DNA of 17,059 bases from Candidatus Gottesmanbacteria bacterium (GTDB taxonomy: Bacteria > Patescibacteriota > Microgenomatia > UBA10105 > UBA927). Below, in pieces: positions 13,184-17,059 of the stretch. Numbering within the stretch: position 1 is the stretch's first letter; each line of letters begins with the position of its first letter. Made by a program: the position numbers and the translations under genes. The stretch spans positions 1-17,059 of the forward strand of contig JACPFZ010000006.1 in assembly GCA_016182725.1 (NCBI GenBank). The letters run 5' to 3'. The notes under the pieces were generated by a model. It was not told the origin of the DNA. It made no database searches and saw only the letters and a program-made list of their open reading frames with translations.

Positions 13184-15139
13184 CTACCGAAGTAGATCTT
13201 CTTTGAGATATGCGGGATCGAAGCGAAATGTGGAAATTTCGGGAAGTTTAGAACTGCGGGGATATTCTTTCCACAAAACTTTCCCGTTTTCCAAAAACTG
13301 CGCAATGATAAGCCGAGCGTTTTCGCCTTTTGGTAAAAATCGAAGTTTGTACGATCCAGCCCTAGGGTTAAATATCGTAATGAGGCTTTCGTTATCTTTC
13401 CGCATGGATCCTGCGGGGTCCGTGAGCCACAGGTCGGCAGGGTAGCCCATGATAACGAGTGCGGATGTTGGCTCCACAAAGGACGCTGTACTGACGCTTG
13501 TTGCTCCCATCCCTAGAAAATTGAGAATTTCGTTTATGCCCTGGCCTGATGAGACAAGTCCATTGTGTGGCTGGGGAACGCGCAGATATGTAGCGCCGTC
13601 AACCTCGCTGCTTGTTAAAAGTACCGTGCCGTCGCCGTCGGTGGTTGTACGTCGTAGGAGTGGTTTGCCGTCTGTCCAATCACCGCGGCGTGTATCCAGA
13701 CGGCTTGGCGGTTTGACCACAAGCTCATGCAATGTCTCAAATCCAGTGCCGGAAAGCGTGCCAACGGTGACGCCGTAAAAAGGAGGGGTAAATCTAGTGG
13801 TAGGTAGCCAGTTATTTTGCGCGTCCATCTCTATGACCGGCTTTACCGCACCGGTTCGAAAGTCCTTGAGGTAGTCGAATACCGGAAGTAAATTTTGTAC
13901 CGATGGGATTACTCGGCGGATGGTTTCGCGGTTGTTGGGACGAATAGTGTCACATAGACGAAGAGCTATCGTCATGAGCATCTTATTACGTAGATTATCT
14001 TCCCAAATCTCGCCGCCGGACCACGCGGGATAGGCAAGAACGTTGCCTTTGTGTGGGGATCCGACGGTGAGGAGTTTATCGAGTTTGTTGGCATCTGCCT
14101 GTGCTTCCAAGTACGCGCGGCCGAGAAGCCCTCCCATGCTATGGCCAACCAGATGCACATTTTCCCCTTCTTGTTGGATCGCTGCATCGATGACGCCTGC
14201 AAGTGGTGCGGCATGGGTAGTCACTTGTTTTCGCCAATCGTAGTAGTAGGGAATGGTCGTCCACCCGGCATCGGTAAGCGCAGTCAACAGTGGATTGTAG
14301 ACGTCCGCTGCTTGGTCGTTAAGCGTCCAATCACCCTCGTAGCCTTCGGTTTTGCAGTTCATGATCGCATCTTTATTCCAACTGGCCCCAAACCCCGGAA
14401 TCACCACGACTTTGGTGACGGGAATCGGAGTTGGTGTGGGGGTAGGAGTTGGCATCGGAGTCGGAGTTGAGGTGGGCGTAGGGGAAGGAGCATCGCACCC
14501 ACCGCTATCGCAAAGTTGAAAATTAGCAAATTCTGTATTACCGTTTGCATATTTAAGACGGACAATATCTGGAGTAAAATTAAAACCGTTATCCCACGAG
14601 CCTAAAATATTACCATCTTCAATTAATATCATGTTAGAACTAATACAGTGAAGTTCGAAACTGTGAACACCTAGGGATTTATCCCAAAACATCGTTGGAG
14701 AACCTAATCCACCACCGTTTTGAAAAGCTTCGAAATTAAAAGTTCCATTGTCTCTTAAGACGACTCTTTTTTCGTTTGCCGGAAAAGACGAGCTATAATC
14801 CTTACATGAAAATAGCACCAAGGAAGGAGAAGAGTTGATTTTAATATCAATCTTAACAATCTCATCGGATGGCAAATAAGAAGGAATAGATATTAAACCA
14901 TACTCGATACCGTTATTTGTGTCGCCTATGCCAAACATTGACGGGGTAGGAGCAGTAGTATACGGTTCTACTGTCCACAATGAAGTATTGTAACCACCGG
15001 AAAAAGAATCGTAAAAAACAGTAGAAGCATTGACTTTAGAAGTATTAGTAAAGAAGAATACTACGGCTAATAAAAATAGAAAAAAATATTTTTTCGTAAT
15101 TTCTGCCTCTAATACTAGAGTAAATATTATAGGAATCAA
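13184..15139 (-). CDS. Secreted multidomain protein: signal peptide, ConA/LamG-like lectin domain, PT linker, LCAT/PGAP1-type alpha/beta-hydrolase (lipase/acyltransferase), C-terminal beta-rich domain
   Basis: 651-codon ORF. The hydrophobic leader YFFLFLLAVVFFF ends in VNA|S. FYDSFSGGYNTSLW is a ConA-like N-terminal pattern. The linker is PSPTPTSTPTPMPTPTPTPTPIP. The hydrolase has VVVIPGFGAS, YYYDWRK (LCAT-family YDWR), the nucleophile elbow VGHSMGG, then GSPHKG, DGDGTV and PQPHNG. The start is uncertain: TTG 15139 in the track, or ATT 15100 (see findings). Confidence 0.75.
   Translation of the reverse strand: MIPIIFTLVLEAEITKKYFFLFLLAVVFFFTNTSKVNASTVFYDSFSGGYNTSLWTVEPYTTAPTPSMFGIGDTNNGIEYGLISIPSYLPSDEIVKIDIKINSSPSLVLFSCKDYSSSFPANEKRVVLRDNGTFNFEAFQNGGGLGSPTMFWDKSLGVHSFELHCISSNMILIEDGNILGSWDNGFNFTPDIVRLKYANGNTEFANFQLCDSGGCDAPSPTPTSTPTPMPTPTPTPTPIPVTKVVVIPGFGASWNKDAIMNCKTEGYEGDWTLNDQAADVYNPLLTALTDAGWTTIPYYYDWRKQVTTHAAPLAGVIDAAIQQEGENVHLVGHSMGGLLGRAYLEAQADANKLDKLLTVGSPHKGNVLAYPAWSGGEIWEDNLRNKMLMTIALRLCDTIRPNNRETIRRVIPSVQNLLPVFDYLKDFRTGAVKPVIEMDAQNNWLPTTRFTPPFYGVTVGTLSGTGFETLHELVVKPPSRLDTRRGDWTDGKPLLRRTTTDGDGTVLLTSSEVDGATYLRVPQPHNGLVSSGQGINEILNFLGMGATSVSTASFVEPTSALVIMGYPADLWLTDPAGSMRKDNESLITIFNPRAGSYKLRFLPKGENARLIIAQFLENGKVLWKEYPRSSKLPEISTFRFDPAYLKEDLLR
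14420..14491 (-). repeat. Low-complexity Pro/Thr linker coding repeat
   Basis: The plus strand shows reiterated GGAGTTGG/GGTGTGGG units. On the minus strand it encodes APSPTPTSTPTPMPTPTPTPTPIP (aa 217-240 of the ORF). Confidence 0.8.
15126..15131 (-). promoter_or_regulatory. Perfect TATAAT hexamer (minus strand) upstream of the lipase signal peptide
   Basis: Minus strand 15146-15095 reads TTGACA-attgattcc-TATAAT-atttactctagtatta-GAGG-cagaa-ATT-ACG. The -35-like hexamer is only 9 nt from the -10, so it cannot act as a standard -35/-10 pair. Confidence 0.3.
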
Positions 15140-15175
15140 TTGTCAAGTACCAATAATTTTAGTAGACTCGGTTCT

Positions 15176-15571
15176 ATGAAATCCCAAACTTGTTATCTCT
15201 GCAACAGCACACGAGGTCACCTTCTTTGGAAAAAAAATAATTTCAATATAGTTCAATGCGATTTATGTGGCTTCATTTACGTTACTCCGCTTCCATCAAG
15301 AGTTTCTCTAGATAAGTTTTATAAAACATTTGATTATAAAAATGTAATCGAAGCTGAAAAAGTTATCCGAAAAGATGCAGAGCAAAGTCTAAAGAAAATC
15401 GAGAAATTTCAGCAAAGGAGAACACTGCTGGATTTGGGTTGTGGAAGAGGATTGCCTTTAATCAAAAGGCTTAAGTACTTACTTTTCGATAGGGTTGTTT
15501 GCGGGTTATTATATAGAATATTGAATTTTGATCATTGGGGAACAAAGTTAGAAATAATTGGGGCTAAATAA
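15176..15571 (+). pseudogene. N-terminal remnant of a Zn-ribbon plus class I SAM methyltransferase, ending shortly after motif I
   Basis: From ATG 15176 it reads MKSQTCYLCNS...IVQCDLCGFIYVTP (CxxC...CxxC), then LLDLGCGRG (motif I), and stops about 45 codons later with no post-I motifs. It is a paralog of the N-terminus of the 16288 gene (MRCYCG...IVQCLACDQVRTITP). The track ORF 15140-15571 starts at a TTG. Confidence 0.5.
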
Positions 15572-15575
15572 TAAT

Positions 15576-16319
15576 ATGAAACTTTCTGTCGTGATGATAA
15601 CTAATAATGCAGGAGAAGTAATTGGAGGAGCTCTAGCAAGCATTCATGGTTTATGGAGTGAATTGTTAATTAACGATGATGCAAGTACCGATGGGACAAG
15701 GCGGATTGCAGAGCGGTATGGTGCGAAGATATTTACGCTTAAAAATAAAAATCTCGGGGAACGGAAACAGTGGTTGATCACTAAAGCACGAGGAGACTGG
15801 GTGCTTATATTAGATGGCGACGAGCGCGTATCAAAAGAACTTGGCCAGGAAATAAAAAAAGTTATTTCGCATAACGATACCATCCGGGGATACCACATAC
15901 CGTATCAGAATTACGTGTTTGGGAAGCCGGTGTATTGGGGAGGCGAGCGGTATAGCAAAGTACGATTGTTCCGGAGGGGATACGGGAAGATTACTCCTCT
16001 TCAACTCCACGAGGAAGTGATAGTGAAGGGAGAAGTTGGAACGCTTCAAGGCGTTATTCATCACCATTCCTTTCGAACACCCATACAACTATTTAGCAAA
16101 TTTACCAACTATGCCCGGATTGCCGCTAAGGAAAAGAAACGACACGGCGAGACCCTGTCACTCGCCAAACTTTTTTTGTATGCACCACATATGTTTTGGG
16201 CCAGATTTATTAAAGAAAAAGGATATAAAGATGGCTGGCGAGGATTTGTGTTGGCGTTTGCATTCGCTTATATGGAAGGATTAACGTATGCGATGCTATT
16301 GTGGGGCAAAAGATCATAA
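15576..16319 (+). CDS. Family 2 glycosyltransferase (KdtX/WaaE-like, ~250-aa class)
   Basis: It has MKLSVVMITNNAGEVI, LINDDASTDGTRRIAERYGAKI, GDWVLILDGDERVS (DxD) and a C-terminal amphipathic/TM tail. I prefer ATG 15576 to the TTG at 15558. Confidence 0.85.
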   Translation: MKLSVVMITNNAGEVIGGALASIHGLWSELLINDDASTDGTRRIAERYGAKIFTLKNKNLGERKQWLITKARGDWVLILDGDERVSKELGQEIKKVISHNDTIRGYHIPYQNYVFGKPVYWGGERYSKVRLFRRGYGKITPLQLHEEVIVKGEVGTLQGVIHHHSFRTPIQLFSKFTNYARIAAKEKKRHGETLSLAKLFLYAPHMFWARFIKEKGYKDGWRGFVLAFAFAYMEGLTYAMLLWGKRS

Positions 16320-16899
16320 ATTACTTTTTTGCGCAAGTAGCTATCAGATTGTGCAATGCCTTGCTTGTGATCAGGTGCGAACGATAACTCCATCAAAGAT
16401 AGAGAGAAAACAGATATATAATAAGGAAGATATCTCTGTGTATATTGAGAAAGAAGTGATGTTTCGGTTGCTTTTTAAGCGAATTGTTGATTTTATAAAA
16501 CAATATAAAAAGGACGGAACCTTTGTAGATATTGGCGCAGGGGTCGGATTACTGGTGGATGAAGCGCGCCGTGCTGGATTCGATGCTTCGGGTATTGAAC
16601 CATCACTTTCTGCTGTAAGGGCGGCGAGGAAATTTTTCCACATTCAGTTATTGCATACAAAATTTACTGAAAAGTCGATGAAAAAACCAGTCGACATTGT
16701 CGTTCTTAATCACGTGTTGGAACACCTGCCAAATCCTCATGCGGTGATTCGGACCATAGCAAATGTTTTAGAAAAAGATGGTCTTTTAGTGATCGGTGTG
16801 CCAAATTTTGGTAGTATCATGTCTCTTCTTAAAAAAAGTCGTTGGCAATCTCTTGTCCTAGACCAACATCGTTGGCACTTTACCCAAAAAAACACTTGA
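16288..16899 (+). CDS. Zn-ribbon plus class I SAM-dependent methyltransferase, ended prematurely by a frameshift at an A7 tract
   Basis: It has CYCG...CLAC, motif I FVDIGAGVGLLV, FDASGIEPS, VDIVVLNHVLEHLPNP and LLVIGVPN. The stop at 16897-16899 follows the A7 run at 16886-16892. The start overlaps the GT2 3' end by 32 nt. Confidence 0.75.
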   Translation: MRCYCGAKDHKLLFCASSYQIVQCLACDQVRTITPSKIERKQIYNKEDISVYIEKEVMFRLLFKRIVDFIKQYKKDGTFVDIGAGVGLLVDEARRAGFDASGIEPSLSAVRAARKFFHIQLLHTKFTEKSMKKPVDIVVLNHVLEHLPNPHAVIRTIANVLEKDGLLVIGVPNFGSIMSLLKKSRWQSLVLDQHRWHFTQKNT

Positions 16900-17059
16900 C
16901 CAATTAGTGTTACCTTTGGGCTTTAAGAAACTGGGAACAACTGGAGAAAATCATGATCGATCGATGCATACGTTTTGGAAACGGCCGATATACCGGATGA
17001 TTGATATGCTAGCGTTATTAACGAATAGAGAGGAAGCAATATTAGTAGTATATTGGAAA
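16892..17059 (+). other. Open continuation of the methyltransferase in the -1 frame (56 codons, runs off the window)
   Basis: Removing one A from the A7 tract gives ...HFTQK-TLDQLVLPLGFKKLGTTGENHDRSMHTFWKRPIYRMIDMLALLTNREEAILVVYWK with no stop up to 17059. This looks like a plausible methyltransferase C-terminal extension. Confidence 0.6.

Noticed and set aside
13105-13479. A 124-aa minus-strand ORF that spans the tRNA locus and the 3' end of the lipase gene.
   Set aside because: It overlaps two tRNA structures and runs in a different frame from the well-supported 651-codon ORF. It has no motifs and is very likely spurious.
15079-15095. A near-palindromic homopolymer pair, GAAAAAAATATTTTTTC, in the signal-peptide coding region of the lipase gene, considered as a possible phase-variation tract.
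   Set aside because: It simply encodes KKYFF in an AT-rich gene. The reading frame is intact and there is no evidence of length variation from a single sequence. It is noted only as a possible slippage-prone site.

Overview
This is a gene-dense bacterial chromosomal window. Hand-counted 60-nt samples give about 42% G+C in the ftsZ region. Small genes, overlapping starts and stops, few Shine-Dalgarno sequences and a PT-linker secreted protein suggest a reduced-genome, CPR/Patescibacteria-like organism, but that is inference only.

The plus strand from 1 to 12363 is co-directional: murD (3' end), ftsW, murG, ftsQ, ftsA, ftsZ, ileS, a second SEDS gene (rodA-like), rplU, a Trm11/RlmL-like methyltransferase between rplU and rpmA, rpmA, and a parB with no parA. 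Next come lepB (minus) and a plus-strand tRNA locus. After those is a 651-codon secreted lectin-like/PT-linker/LCAT-type lipase gene (minus). The window ends with a glycan-type cassette: a truncated methyltransferase, a GT2 glycosyltransferase and a frameshifted methyltransferase.

The most unusual observation is at 13001-13182. A canonical 72-nt tRNA-Val(GAC) lies inside the anticodon loop, after position 37, of a second tRNA-Val(GAC)-like gene. The two halves of that outer gene rejoin into a 72-nt cloverleaf, and the insert flanks pair with each other.

Other points:
- A 20-bp inverted repeat exactly fills the ftsW-murG spacer.
- ileS and rplU both show TGnTATACT-N6-ATG, which suggests leaderless mRNAs.
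- Both class-I signature motifs of IleRS are divergent, and ileS contains two arrays of tandem heptamers.
- The rodA-like SEDS lacks the RW...QP(S/A)E segment.
- A structured AT-rich palindrome lies upstream of rpmA.
- G+C jumps sharply inside the lipase gene, exactly at the PT linker.
- An A7 tract frameshifts the last methyltransferase.

I saw no CRISPR array, transposase, integrase or rRNA gene.
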